A DNA stretch of 63,586 nucleotides, counting the filler, from Lenisia limosa (taxonomy: Eukaryota; Protista; Breviatea): assembly GCA_001655205.1 (NCBI GenBank). It is 11 parts of 11 records of this genome, joined end to end, with 100 filler letters (N's around TTAATTAATTAA, not from the genome) between each part and the next. Parts side by side here need not be neighbours in the genome. Positions count along the whole stretch, not along the records: positions 46,240 to 56,215 come from LPNZ01002715.1; positions 56,316 to 58,327 come from LPNZ01000984.1; positions 58,428 to 60,102 come from LPNZ01001064.1; positions 60,203 to 63,586 come from LPNZ01006290.1; 7 more parts are not named here. One strand, written 5' to 3'. The notes below the pieces were generated by a model. The model did not search any database, was not told the origin of the DNA, and saw nothing but the letters and a program-made list of their open reading frames with translations. The stretch's first letter is position 1. Every line of letters begins with the position of its first letter. Below, piece by piece: positions 49,601 through 62,895 of the stretch. The position numbers were made by a program, and so were the translations under genes.

Positions 49601-52600
49601 CTTGTTCAGTCCCAATCTCTTTAATGCAAGCACGTTCAAAGCCCCAGGAACTCAGTATATTCAAAGTCCTCCTAAAGTTTGAAGGAATACCATATAGAAA
49701 GGTTTCTCATTTCCACAACCTTGACGTTCTTGGACGAGCCCTCCCCCATGTTCACCTCACGAATGTAGCTTCCAAATGTGAATACTCCTGACAACGCGAG
49801 TCAGAATTCACAGCAGTCTGAGGTATGTCCGTCTGTGTTGTGACTTTGTAGCAAGTCACGTGGCCATTGGAAACGTCATCGCGACTCCTGGTCATATCCG
49901 TAGCCCAGCAGCTCTTCGGCCCGGGTATAATGGAGAAAGTACGCGTTGGAGATGTATTGACATGCTTCTTCCCATTTCAGGTGCTTGAAACGTTCAACCC
50001 CATTCGAGGAAGCAGAGGGCCTATCATCTACCTTAGAGACTTTTGGAACGAACAGTCTGGGGGGGGGGGGGNNNNNNNNNNNNNNNNNNNNNNNNNNNNN
50101 NNNNNNNNNNNNNNNNNNNNNNNNNNNNNNNNNNNNNNNNNNNNNNNNNNNNNNNNNNNNNNNNNNNNNNNNNNNNNNNNNNNNNTGTTCTCCATGAGTC
50201 GCTTCCGCCAAAACAAGACATCCGAGAAGCCCCTGTTAACACCCAGGTAACAGCAGTGGCTTATGTCTCACTCTCAGATTGAGGCTCAGGTGGAGATCCC
50301 ACACATAGTCTTGGACCGTATGTCACAGGCTCTCTTTGTCCTTCATCCTGACATTCTTGTCCCTGTTACAACGTGGGTGGGGGGAGCTCTACAGATTATG
50401 GAAAGTAGGTATATTACAACCGATTTTCCTAAGGAAATCATAGAGACAATCGGTCAAGACTATCCTGTTACTGTACCTGATCGGCCTTTTCCATTCATCT
50501 CATACATACAGTGTGGTTAATGGGCTTGAGTGCTGTCGAAGGGCGGTTATAGGGGAACGAGTGATGGAAATGGGGAGTCATGAAGCCGCCATCTACGGCA
50601 ACCTTGTACACGAAGTCATGCAACAAGCCATTCTTCAGTCAAACAACTCCACTGTCTTCCTCTCGGGTTTGCCAGGTGAATTGTACTTTCAAGACCATTT
50701 CTACACCTACACATTTTGACGAGGTCAGAGCTCTCAGAGAAGTTTATCATTCTCAATGCTGCGTCTATTGTGGCGTCCGGGGCCGATGTCAGCAAAGTTG
50801 GTGTGGTACGGATATATATCACATATAACTGTACTTACTTACCCAACCTTTTACCTCACAACTCTGTGTGGGGCTAATATAAGCAAAGGGAGTATTGAAC
50901 CCGTAGTAATAGCAGTAACACTTTGATCGTGTGTATTTTTGAATTTTATTGCTGTAGCTGCGAGAAAAGATTAAATCCTGCCTTCCTACCATTTCCGGGT
51001 GGTTCAACGCGCACGTCATGTCTGATATGGTAAGTGTATTGCATGGTGAAACATGATGACGGTGCATTGACCTTCATAGGGCTATGACTACTGCAACAAC
51101 AAGGGGAAACTGAAGGTGCATAGAGCCCTTGACGTAGAAGAAGACATTTGGTGCTCTTCACTCGGCTTGTTAGGTATGTGTCCATGTGTCTGCTTAGGAT
51201 GCAGGAAAGATTGACGTGACTCTCATGGCTGATGTGAATGGACAACCAATGGTATCACCTCTCGAAATCAAATCCGGTATGCTTTGGGAAGACAATAACT
51301 CTAGTGTACTATATAATGTTTTTATCTTACACGGTCATGGCTGAAGCTTCAGGAAAGAAGTACGGCTCGATCGGTAGTGATGAGCACCAAGGGCAGTGCA
51401 CACTTTACAGTGCCATGTTGTCCACTCGATACGGCATTCAGCCTCCAATGAGCTCACTGTTCTACATGGCCGAAATGGGCAGCACCGTGGCCATTGAACC
51501 CAGTATGGAACATCCTCTCTTCTTATTCACTCCCACCATTTTCTTCTCCACTCTGACGCGTCCTTTAGCCCGAATGGACATGTCGCATTTGATTGCAACG
51601 AGGAACAAAATAGCAGCTGACCTGCGCATCGCTTCCGCCACTCAAGCGCGTGAGCGGACAATAGTGCCTCTTTATAACTCCTAAAAATACTTCAATATGA
51701 CACCTCTATTTATCCAAGAGAACCCTTACCGCCCAGCCTTGCAACCTGGCTCATCATTCCGAACCGGAGAGCTGCCCAAGCCGACAGGCAGCGATAAAAT
51801 ATGCCGCTTCTGCAACAGCAAAGAGGCCTGCATGCTCAACTTCAAGGTATCCCCTTTTAAAAAGATTCTAGGAAATATTTAAAAGTTAGAAAGTGAAAAT
51901 CCTTTATCAGAATCAGTTGAAGCGCCTCTCATTTTCAGGTTCAAAACGACGGGAAGAGCAACGAGGAGTTCCCACTACCGACTGAGTATTCAGAGTCCAC
52001 ACATCATCTATCACAAAGAGAACTCAAGGTGAGAACTCAGGCGATTCTGTCATTCCTTCCCAATTCATTTCTCTCCTTTGACGATTTCAGTTCTACAGCC
52101 GTTGGCAGGGCCTGGTTGACCTAGAGTACCGCAACCAACGAGAGCGGCAGACCATTTGGACAAAGCCGCCCCTTGAGTCGGAAATCTCCGGAGAGTGGGG
52201 AGGGAGGGGGGGTCAGGTGTGTGATGCCATAGTATGCACAGTCTTTCCTTGACCTTGTAGTACACTCTGCTACCTGCGTTTGAGTGATGTACAGTACACT
52301 GAAACATGCTTCATGTAAGCTGTCAGTTTACATGGAATATAACCATTCTGCTTCTGACAATTATTCAACCCAATACTGTATGCACTAACATTGACCAGCT
52401 ATACGTTTGAACGGCACCCCTCTCCGCCCATATCAACCGAGTATCTTCAACAGGTGAGCATCACTATCAGCTGCTCTCACTTTTTCCAGCATAATCGAAA
52501 GAGTTCCGCCCATTTACCTCTGAATTTCAAAAGAGGTGCCTACGTTATCATTTCAAGGTTGGGAAGTCTGGCATATTCAGTTGTCCATCTTAAGCCCCTT

Positions 52601-55600
52601 TCAGTTCACAACTATCTTCATACTGTTTAACAACTAAAGGGTTATTCATAATATTTCACCACCGTTCTATGTTACCTTGTTAATATGCCAGACACGGAGG
52701 TCCCTTCAAACTTACTGCTGGAACCGTTACCAAAATGGACCAAAAGACTGTGACGCTGACAACTCAAAAAGGCCTCCGGGTTGGCTTTGTTTTTATGTCA
52801 TATTGGAAGATAAACTGGACTTGGTATTGTACATTGTTGTTCTCAGCTGGGGCATATTCGCTTTTTGACATCACGTCCATTTTGTGGGCTTTTTTTGTTC
52901 CATAAATTTCCAATTTACTTCCGCAGTACCCGGATAGTTCAATGACATGGCATTCTGTGCAAAAGCCTTCAGACTTCCCCACAGAAGGAGCCTGGAGAAT
53001 AGACAAGGTGACCACTTACCATTTCACCAAGCCGGACCAGTGTTTATATCTCACTCCATAGCCTGAAGACACGTTCCAGCCCAAAAGACTTCGCGGCTCT
53101 TTAGTGGCGCTAATGCGCAATACGCCACAGGCCAAAAACACGCGCTCAAGGTAGGCCTCTTTTTGCAGCGAAGCTTGACGTTCATACCCGTATATCAGGG
53201 TCTCTTTTGGCTATTATATCATTATATTATCATATAATATCAGATTTAGAGAAGCATGAAATAGTAACGGGACTATTTGTTTGGCCGAAACCGCCGGCGA
53301 GTTAGAATTGTTATTCAACTGCTTACTGAGTACAGACTAATTGACATGGCAACACCGCAGTTTTCCGGACTCACTACCACTGACGAGGTTAGTTGGTAAA
53401 CACTGCGAATACCTTATATTGGCAGACTTTTGAAAAAGCGGTGTGAATTTACGAGCGCAGGAAACAGCCCTCCTCAATCCGGATCAAGCCCGGGCTGTGC
53501 AGAGGGCACTCGCGGCAAACGACTACAGTCTCATTCTGGGGTATGTTGCCCTCCTTCCAGTCATGACGTCATGACATCACCAACCCCCTCCCCCCAGCAT
53601 GCCCGGCACAGGCAAGACTCAGACCATCGCCTCCCTCACCAAAGCCGCTGTTGGCCGGTCCCTCCGCATACTGGTGTCGGCATACACCAACACAGCGGTC
53701 GACAACATCTGCCTCAAGGTGGGAGGGTAATCTAGGATGGCGGATAAACGGCTTTTAAAACATAAAAGCAGCTACCTCTACTAACCAGACACCTGAGTCT
53801 TAAGTTTTAGTTGAAGACCCTGGATCTGCCTTTCCTCAGAGTCGGTACCCCTGCCTCCGTACACCCCGAAATTGCGGTGGGCTGACTTGTATTTCTTGCC
53901 TTGTGCTGCAGAAGCGACTGGTCTGGGCTTTATTTATTTTGTTGTTATCAACCGTCATGTGCTGTCAGCCAACAGNNNNNNNNNNNNNNNNNNNNNNNNN
54001 NNNNNNNNNNNNNNNNNNNNNNNNNNNNNNAGCCGTATTGTGTGGCATCGAAGGAAATGAGCCCCGAGGATTTGAGCGAAGTCATCCAAAGCACACATAT
54101 TTTCGCAGCGACTTGCTCCAGTAGGATTAACTGGATTCATATTGTGACCTTTAACTGACATTCTCTTATCAAATGATAGCGTGGGCAGCTTTGGCATGAT
54201 AACCGGCTAAGACTCACAATAACCACAACAGGTAGCGGCTCGCCCATTCTGCAGACCTCCCTCTTTGACCTAGTCATCATTGATGAGGCAGGCCAAGCCA
54301 CTTTGCCTGCGACTTTGGTGGGCTTCCCGTTATGGAGACGTCATGGGGATGTCCAATGAAGAGATAAGGCGACATTTTTGTATCGTTTTCAAAGGTCAAG
54401 ATAACTCTTCCAGGACAGCATTCTCCTTGGCAAGACCTTCGTCCTTGTCGGTGACCATTACCAGCTCCCCCCGTTGGTCAACTCGGCAACGGCAGTGGAC
54501 AAGGGCTTTGACGAGAGTCTCTTCAGGATCCTCTGTCAAGCCCACCCCGAAGGTTTGAGAGGCTTTGTGCGCTGACTCTTTAGCAATCACATCTCTTCGC
54601 TTACAGTACCGCATGAACGTTTCGATCATGTCTCTGGTAAGCCCCGGTCTGGGCCTTCACGTCACTCTCCAGGCCAATAAACTGATCTACAACGGCTGCC
54701 TGAGGCCCGGAACCCCCTATGTTGCTTCTCAGAAACTGGCTCTATCCAACCAGGTCACCAAGGGGGCCCCTTATGCAAGGTTGGCAGAAGCTTTCCGCAA
54801 ATACTGGTAACATATCGAGTGTACCAAGATAATATTCTTTCTTTTTTCTTTTGGAGCGCATGGAAGAATAGCCCGGTAACTCCTTAGAACACTGCTGGAA
54901 GCCGCGTGTCGAAAAGGCGTGGTGGCTCTCAATACGGATGGCTTGCAGGGCTCAAGTGAAAGGTGCGTCCCTATGCTGACGTCACCAACATTTTAATCGG
55001 CCACGGGTATCACCATACCTGACTTTGTAGCTCAACATCGAACGCCAACGAAACTGCCATCATTGCTGAGATCGTGTCGTCGCTACTTTTCGGTTGGCAT
55101 CTTGATAGGATCCAACTATCTTGGAAATGGTGTGACTTTGCAGGCGGAGTCAAAGGCTCGGATATCGGCATAATTGCGCCGTACAACGCACAACTTCGCC
55201 TCATCAACAGCAAGCTTCATGAGTATGCTCCGTTTATCTCTGCATAACTGGCCATCCAGGTTTATCCAGCATGATGACTTGGAGAGCGTGGAGGTTGAGA
55301 CGATTGACAGATACCAGGTAAGGCTCTAGTGGGGTTTCTGACTTCCCAGGGGCGAGACAAGGATGTAATCATTTTCTCATTTGTGCACTGCAACACTGAT
55401 GGAAAGGTTGGTGTGATTGTCCCAAGGACTGCCTGTAAAATATCCATATTTATCGAGGATTTTTCGAGAATTCAGTCTTTTTTGGAACCGAAAGTGAAGA
55501 CCTATATCATATGATCCCCNNNNNNNNNNNNNNNNNNNNNNNNNNNNNNNNNNNNNNNNNNNNNNNNNNNNNNNNNNNNNNNNNNNNNNNNNNNNNNNNN

Positions 55601-55833
55601 NNNNNNNNATGTGGCGTTGACGCGCGCCAGGAAGGCTCTTTTCCTCATCGTCTCCAAGTCAACGTACCAAAAAGCCTCGGCCTTCGCCCCGCTTCTCTCC
55701 GTTCTTTCAGATGTAAGTTCCCCCTCTTTTTCCTGTTGACTCCCAGTGCTCTGAGACCTACCAAATGGTCAAAACCAACCATGGCTTTGAGGTTCATAAC
55801 GAGAAATGGGCTTCTGACCTTTCTATCTTCTAG
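46637..55833 (+). CDS. DNA2: DNA2 nuclease/helicase
   Basis: LHPDILVP..|VVNGLECCRRAVI, EEDIWCSSLGL|GKIDVT, PLEIKSG, HQGQCTLY, Fe-S motif CRFCNSKEAC, Walker A GMPGTGKT, SAYTNTAVDNI, IIDEAGQ, VLVGDHYQLPP, LQYRMN, GIIAPYNAQ, TIDRYQ|GRDKD and NVALTRAR. Stop TAG at 55831-55833 and start ATG at 46637 are inferred. Confidence 0.96.
48245..48373 (+). repeat. Tandem repeat, 4 x ~32 bp, starting at a DNA2 exon/intron junction
   Basis: AACCCCGTAAGCATCATCTAATCTGATTTGTT x4 with small variants. Confidence 0.95.
52780..52926 (+). repeat. Family B-related intron in DNA2
   Basis: Intron 3' end TTTTGTGGGCTTTTTTTGTTCCATAAATTTCCAATTTACTTCCGCAG followed by exon YPDSS... Confidence 0.7.
53903..53975 (+). repeat. 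Family B copy in a DNA2 intron (runs into a gap)
   Basis: GTGCTGCAGAAGCGACTGGTCTGGGCTTTATTTATTTTGTTGTTATCAACCGTCATGTGCTGTCAGCCAACAG. Confidence 0.8.
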
Positions 55834-56038
55834 TTTCTGATCTGATTTTTCTTTATGTTTCTGAGGTTTCGTTTCTTGTTTTGGTATATTTATTTTCTGA
55901 TTTCATCAAAACGGTTTTCAACGAGATAAGAATAATAAGAATAATATGCATCAACCCAATGCCCCCACCCTAATATCCCAATCTAAACGAAGTCCATTGT
56001 AGTTCCTGAAGAGTGAGAAGCAAAGGGGAATTCAAAGC

Positions 56039-56215
56039 TTAGTGTTCTTCAAACCTGCTGGATTTGCGGTTGTCATATCTGTTGTTTCCATGTCCATAAA
56101 TGACGTCATTGACATGCTACATGGTGAGAAGGAACATAGATTTCTAAATTATCCCAAAACAGCCTACCCAGGGTCAGCAACAGTTTTCTTTTTGGACCTT
56201 CCACAGCAGCAAAGC
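56039..56215 (-). CDS. 3' end of an unknown gene converging on DNA2
   Basis: LCCCGRSKKKTVADP(G), then a GT-AG intron, then HVNDVIYGHGNNRYDNRKSSRFEEH*. Confidence 0.3.
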
Positions 56216-56315
56216 NNNNNNNNNNNNNNNNNNNNNNNNNNNNNNNNNNNNNNNNNNNNTTAATTAATTAANNNNNNNNNNNNNNNNNNNNNNNNNNNNN
56301 NNNNNNNNNNNNNNN
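56216..56315. other. Artificial contig-joining spacer
   Basis: N44-TTAATTAATTAA-N44. Confidence 0.97.
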
Positions 56316-58327
56316 ATGTATGTACATGTATAATATTGTATGTAATATTTCAACTTACACTTTAACTGTGTAGATGGGAGTAAAAGTAGACCCCAAGATT
56401 CTACACTATATGATATCTCTATTTTAGAGGAAAGGGGGACTATAAGTGCAATATTACGTGTAAATGCTGGGGAGGCGAAACCGATTGGGTGGTTGAAGCC
56501 AAATCAGTCAAGAGCCTCGACCCGTTGAAGGGCAGGCAGTACAAGATGTCATGTTTTTTATTTCGGTGCAAGGTCTGAGACGTCTGCCTACGATCCCGTT
56601 ACCAAGACCTGTCCCCCAATCATCCCTGATGCGGTGCCACAGAAGCGACTGGCCGGGACTTGTTTTGTTGTTTTCAACCCTCATGTGTTGTCAGCTAACA
56701 GAGTTGATTTTGTGCCTTTTTTTTTGTTTCATTTTCAATTATACTCCCCCCGCCATCTTGCAATTGATGAACAGATGATTGCTACAAAGTCCAAGTACGT
56801 CACGTTCAAGGTTGGTTAAGTGTGATATTATTTGTATTCGTGGGGGGATTCTTTATTATTCTTATTATTATTATTTTTTGTTATTCACGCGCCACCTACT
56901 CCTCGATAAGAAAGGTGACTACATCGAGATGTTGTCTGATGCTATCCGCTGGAGCTGCTGGCTGGATGGTGGGCCCGCAACAATGATAACCACTTCTGGT
57001 GATGACATCCGCCCTACATCAGTCAAGCGTCGCGAGCTTGGCTGTCAAGACCAGTTGTATGAGGGATGATATTTCCTGTCCCGCTGTTGTGCACTGGTAC
57101 AACCTGATTATGGTGTACGTTGAACTCACCGATACTCTCCGCTCTTGGGGACTTTGTGTTCATTACAAATGATTATATTACTTTTTACTTTTATCGGCAA
57201 TAATGACAATTTAGCACCACCTCACATGTACAAACTCGGCGCTGGCAGATGTGCACTACCTAATGGACCAATTTATGAACAATGCGCACACTGCCTACTC
57301 CGACTTCCTCCCTGCCGAACGCCCAGCTGTTGACCGCAAGAGCTTCCACATGCGTGTCACCAAGGTTGGCATGTCACCCTTCTCAACCACCAACAGCCGT
57401 ATCCCCTCACCCATGAAGGTAGGAATTGGTTCCTGATACTAAGATTGAGAAACTAATTTCACTTATTTATAGTCTCACTGTGAACCCAAGCAAAGTCCCG
57501 GTAAACTATCGGTAGTTTTCGACACTATATCCGTCTTGTTAGAATCAAATGTATGGAGAAGATTAGGGATGGGGGTCTGACCTTCATTCGCCCTATCTTT
57601 TCAAATACTTTTCCAATTCTCAAAAAAATCGTATTTAATTTTGTAACATCAACACTCAGCCACCATATCAGAATGACAGCAGTTGGTCAGACTGGTCAGA
57701 TATTACTGCTTGACTCAGACTCTGAAGACGAAGATTGTGCTATTTTGGGTTTAGATTAATTAATAATAAGAAAACTGACAACAAAGCAGCCACCTTGTGA
57801 TGGTAGGAACCTTTCATTCGTTCTATCGCACCTATCACTACCTATGTTCTTTCTTTTTCTTTTATATGTTATAATATATCTGTAAGGTGCAGCAAAAAGG
57901 CAAAACTCGCCTCCACTGCAATTCAAATGTAAACGGTTGAGTGGACATTATTCCCCGAATTCACGGATGTATCCGGGGACTTTGGCGGATTCAGTCTATA
58001 TGGTCAGACCCCCATCTACGATATTTCTTTGCCTTTAGATTAAATTGAGTTTTGTAGTCACTTGTCTTCTTGTTAACAGCCTTGTCTCACCCATATCAGA
58101 CCGCAGCACTACATCAGCCCCCTTTAATTCGTGCTCTTGCTGGTGATGTGGCTTATCACTTTCCCAAGCCTCTCCCTGGACAGCCCAAGACAGGCGTATG
58201 ACGCCTCGAGAAGAGTCTGGGAGGGATGGAAAATGGGGAATGGGGAATGGATCTGACCACCCCTTCGGACCCCATCCTTCAATACAGCATCCTATACCAG
58301 CCCAGAGGGACGCCTGGGGGGGGGGGT
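56316..58327 (+). CDS. Hypothetical multi-exon gene fragment
   Basis: Exon-like segments MIATKSKYVTFK|GDYIEMLSDAIRWSCWLDGGPATMITTS and VHYLMDQFMNNAHTAYSDFLPAERPAVDRKSFHMRVTK with GT-AG bounds. Function unknown. Confidence 0.45.
56634..56774 (+). repeat. Family B copy forming essentially a whole 141-nt intron
   Basis: |GTGCCACAGAAGCGACTGGCCGGGACTTGTTTTGTTGTTTTCAACCCTCATGTGTTGTCAGCTAACAGAGTTGATTTTGTGCC...TTTCATTTTCAATTATACTCCCCC...AACAG|. Confidence 0.75.
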
Positions 58328-58427
58328 NNNNNNNNNNNNNNNNNNNNNNNNNNNNNNNNNNNNNNNNNNNNTTAATTAATTAANNNNNNNNNNNNNNNNN
58401 NNNNNNNNNNNNNNNNNNNNNNNNNNN
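58328..58427. other. Artificial contig-joining spacer
   Basis: N44-TTAATTAATTAA-N44. Confidence 0.97.
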
Positions 58428-59710
58428 CGCCTCAGCAGGCAGACGAGCGTCCCCACGAGAGGAAGGTTGGAGCCTGGTTTGGTCCTTGTTGCCTGGGCTT
58501 TGTCTGTTTCTCAAATGTTTAGCCAATATAGAGTTTCTTTTTTTGTTTGTTGTTGTTTTCACCCTTTCTAGCGTTTCACTTCCCCTTGCTTTGTTCGCTT
58601 TTTGTTTTCAACCTTCGTGTATTTTTCTCATATTTATCCAACAGATGTTTTGTTGCTGTTATTGTTTCACTCCTTCCAGCCCCCGAGCAGCAACCAGCAA
58701 CATCACGACAACCTCCTCGCGCAGGTATGTGTTACTACTGGATCTTTATTAGGTGAATTGACAAAATTAAAAACATTTAAAAATGACCTTCTTTGTCTCT
58801 CTTTTTATTCATTCCTAAGCCAATTATTTTCCATTATTTTTGCACTAAACGGAAGAATAACACGTAAGCTAAATTACCAAGTTAAAAAAATGTTGAAAAT
58901 TAGGGTGCTGCTCCCTAATAGCCTCGACAAGATGCCTTAAAAAAATTCTCTCCTTTTTTGAAACAATAAAAGATAAATATAGTTAGAATGGAGAGAATCT
59001 TTTGTACAGTGATAGGGTAGAGATGGGAACGTACTTGCTCCACTGCACGACCCATAGCACAAATTCGCTTTTTTTGGCTACAAAGACATGTATTGAAAAA
59101 ACAACTTGGACAGGGGATGGGAAACAGTTACAGAGAGGAGACAAAGAGAAAGAAATTGACAATAAACCTAAAAACAGTATAACACTGGTCCAGTTTTGAG
59201 AATAGATAGATTAGGTGCGGACTTGTAGTTTTTGTTGAGGGGGGGTCAACCTGTTCTGGCTCACATAGGGTCGTTTGTGGGACTTCATTTAGAAAAGAAG
59301 AAGAGAGCCATTTCGGCTTGCCGCGACACCTGTTGGCCTTTCTCGCCTGCCACCACCAGACCCTCGTCCAGGAATAAAGCCCCCCTTTTCAGTCACAGGA
59401 GGCCTGGCAGCAGGAATCTGCCCTTACCTCAAGGAGGACACGGGGTCCCTCCTCGACTCGCACTGGCCAAGCTGCCAAATGCCCTCCTCGACCACTCACT
59501 CCAGGTCAGGCAAACCCGCTCTGACCTCTTGGAGGAGGGGCTGGCCCTCCCAACAGACCAGTTGCGGTCCCTGAAAGCCCGTCCGTTGCCATGGACTCCA
59601 TCGTCACCTTGGGCCCTCGCCAACCTGTCCAACCATTGTCGTACTCCATATCACCTTCATTGTCACCTTCGCCACCCCCATCACCTCCAATTCCTAGACC
59701 TCTACCGCNN
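58428..59710 (+). CDS. Hypothetical gene fragment (RPEL-like/low-complexity, uncertain)
   Basis: Short exon PEQQPATSRQPPRA (58680-58725) and segment LLDHSLQVRQTRSDLLEEGLALPTDQLRSLK, followed by Pro/Ser-rich sequence. Confidence 0.3.
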
Positions 59711-60102
59711 NNNNNNNNNNNNNNNNNNNNNNNNNNNNNNNNNNNNNNNNNNNNNNNNNNNNNNNNNNNNNNNNNNNNNNNNNNNNNNNNNNNNNNNNNN
59801 NNNNNNNNNNNNNNNNNNNNNNNNNNNNNNNNNNNNNNNNNNNNNNNNNNNNNNNNNNNNNNNNNNNNNNNNNNNNNNNNNNNNNNNNNNNNNNNNNNNN
59901 NNNNNNNNNNNNNNNNNNNNNNNNNNNNNNNNNNTTCCCTCATACCTCCACCGATAAATACATTTCAAAAAAAAAGGCGCGCTTTTTACAATAAATACAT
60001 TTTTTGAAAAAATGCGCGCTTTCAAAAAAAAAGGCGTGCTGTACATTTATTGTTCTTTCAAAGCGCGCTGTTTCTTTTCGGATTCACATTTATGTGTTTC
60101 CT

Positions 60103-60202
60103 NNNNNNNNNNNNNNNNNNNNNNNNNNNNNNNNNNNNNNNNNNNNTTAATTAATTAANNNNNNNNNNNNNNNNNNNNNNNNNNNNNNNNNNNNNNNNNN
60201 NN
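60103..60202. other. Artificial contig-joining spacer
   Basis: N44-TTAATTAATTAA-N44. Confidence 0.97.
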
Positions 60203-60290
60203 CAAATCAACTCTGTTGGCTAACAACGAACGCACTAAGGTTGAGAACAACAAAACAAACAAAGCAGGCCAGTCGTTTCTGCAGGGGACA
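60203..60290 (-). repeat. Family B copy in a TPR gene intron
   Basis: CTGCAGAAACGACTGGCCTGCTTTGTTTGTTTTGTTGTTCTCAACC...GTTAGCCAACAGAGTTGATTTG. Confidence 0.8.
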
Positions 60291-62685
60291 ACACATCCCA
60301 TTACTCCCACATTATCCAGCTCTTTGACAGCCTTCAGTTCCTTAATCGCTTCATCGAAGTCTCCTAAACGAACCAGTAGCTTGGCCTTGCGTTCAAACCT
60401 TCAGAATGATAATGCAGATAATACATGTGATATAGCAATGAGAAATAAAAAAAACAAGGTTGATTCTGGCCGAAGCCGTCCACATCATCATGCTGATAAG
60501 AAATATTGAAATATATAGTCAAGATGAGAAATAAAACAAAGATGTATCTGGCCGAAACCGTCCATGCCATCACGCTTATAAGAGATATATTATATACTTT
60601 ATGATATATTAGTTAGACATACGATTGTAGCATTATCCCCAGCTTACGCGGGAATAAAATTTGGAGAAAGCTCCGCCGCCGAAGTGAAGTCTGCCAAAGC
60701 TTGCTGTGGAGTAAGACGGGTGGAAGAGAGGTAAATTGGAAATTTATGTACAAAAAACAAAACTCCAGAATCAACTCTGTTGGCTAAACTAAGAATGGAG
60801 GGAGTGGTAAAATGGAGAATCTATGAAAACTTCCCTCCTCCTAAATTCTCTTTCTCNNNNNNNNNNNNNNNNNNNNNNNNNNNNNNNNNNNNNNNNNNNN
60901 NNNNNNNNNNNNNNNNNNNNNNNNNNNNNNNNNNNNNNNNNNNNNNNNNNNNNNNNNNNNNNNNNNNNNNNNNNNNNNNNNCTTTGCCAACCATGTCAGG
61001 ACTTATACCAAAAACCATCATTGATTTATCATAATTAGTGCTTCACTTCGGTTCGAAAAAAGACTGAATTTCTCGATAATTCCTCGAAATCTATCGATAT
61101 TTTTGTGTTCTTTTTCGACCGAAGTGAAGCCGAAATCTCAATGAAGCATATTACCACAAATGTATAAACTGACCGTGAACAGAAAACTCCAAGACTTATC
61201 CGGTCACTGTATATACTGTCCCCCACCCCCCTCTTTCTATCACCTTCAACCTTACCTCCTCCCCTCCCAACCTGGATTCTCGAAGAGGCTGCACAAACAA
61301 CTCCCCTCTTGTAGTAATGAGCTCCAGTAGGGTTAAACTCTGGCAATGAGAAGTATATATATTTGATGAGCATTTGATCCGAAGAAAAGAATGAATCTCT
61401 CGATAAATCCTCGATAAATATCCGATTTTTTTTGGATCGTGGATAAGCCATATTATACAGTGACCGCAATAAGTTCTGAGACGTTTATTAAGATTTATCT
61501 TGATTCAATCGTGTCAGGACTACCACTGGCAGATTATTATTTTGTAGAGCTTCTTTTTCAGTTCCATAAAAGACTGAATTCTCGGAAAATAGTCGACAAA
61601 TATCGATATTTTATCAGTCTTTTGAAATTGAAAGTGATACTCTGAATAAGAAGGGGGGCTCTGAGGACAACAAAAAAAATAAAGCAGCTCAATGGATCCC
61701 TCTTTGCCCCCAATCCCTCCCACTAACGTNNNNNNNNNNNNNNNNNNNNNNNNNNNNNNNNNNNNNNNNNNNNNNNNNNNNNNNNNNNNNNNNNNNNNNN
61801 NNNNNNNNNNNNNNNNNNNNNNNNNNNNNNNNNNNNNNNNNNNNNNNNNNNNNNNNNNNNNNNNNNNNNNNNNNNNNNTCCCCTTCAGCTCTAAACCTTG
61901 TTAGAATGGGAGGAAGGGTATTGCAGGGAACACAAAAGAAGCCCGAAATCAACTCTGTTGGTGGTGGTGATCGCAAAATATTTCAGAAACACACGACGGT
62001 TGAAAACAACCAAACCAGTCACAGTATAAATGATGGAGGGGNNNNNNNNNNNNNNNNNNNNNNNNNNNNNNNNNNNNNNNNNNNNNNNNNNNNNNNNNNN
62101 NNNNNNNNNNNNNNNNNNNNNNNNNNNNNNNNNNNNNNNNNNNNNNNNNNNNNNNNNNNNNNNNNNNNNNNNNNNNNNNNNNNNNNNNNNNNNNNNNNNN
62201 NNNNNNNNNNNNNNNNNNNNNNNNNNNNNNNNNNNNNNNAGCTATGTGACTGGACCTATCAATATCATAGCCACCAATCGGTGGCATTCCAAGTTTGTAT
62301 TTTTGTGAAGAGAAATAATCGTAGAGGTTACTGATAGAGATAGATATAAGGGACTTTAATAATGTCCAATCAAAATGACTGATAGATGACAACAATAAAA
62401 ATCAATAACTCTCTTCACTGATGTTTCAATGAAAAACACTGAGAAACCCACGTTGCTTTTCAGATCAATTGTTTCTAGATTAAAAGAAAGAACTCCCATA
62501 TAACAGAACATGTGCAGTAACCATCTACCAAACACAACAAAAAATGTGACGACATAACAAATTCTGTATTCAAGGTTTGAAGCTCACTTATGTTGGCTCG
62601 CCAGCTCAGGGTTAATAACATCATTTTTGGACGCAGCTAGAGCCACAGAACAAAAGAAAAGGACAAAGACGACAAGGAGTCTCAT
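60203..62685 (-). CDS. Signal-peptide TPR protein, DNAJC3/P58IPK-like; 3' truncated
   Basis: MRLLVVFVLFFCSVALAASKNDVINPELASQH; TPR exons EFNPTGAHYYKRGVVCAASSRIQ|QALADFTSAAELSPNFIP|..FERKAKLLVRLGDFDEAIKELKAVKELDN. No J-domain is visible because the contig ends. Confidence 0.65.
60704..60790 (-). repeat. Family B copy ending near the acceptor of a TPR exon
   Basis: TAGCCAACAGAGTTGATTCTGGAGTTTTG...TACATAAATTTCCAATTTACC...ACTCCACAG|CAAGCTTTGGCAGAC (QALAD). Confidence 0.75.
61039..61131. mobile_element. MITE family A copy
   Basis: ta|GTGCTTCACTTCGGTTCGAAAAAAG...TTTTCGACCGAAGTGAAGCC. Confidence 0.8.
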
Positions 62686-62895
62686 TCTATGAAGGATCTC
62701 ACCGTTCACTGCGTTTTCACAACAATTATCAGCTAAACTATACACTATTATAAACTACAAAAACATTAAATAAACCCCTAAATCAATATATTAGCTGTAC
62801 TGAGAGTTATCCGGCAAAAGAAAAAAAAAACAAAATCAACATTTTTGTAATATTGCGTCAAGCGTTGAGCGTAACCATGTACAGGGAAAAAAAAT

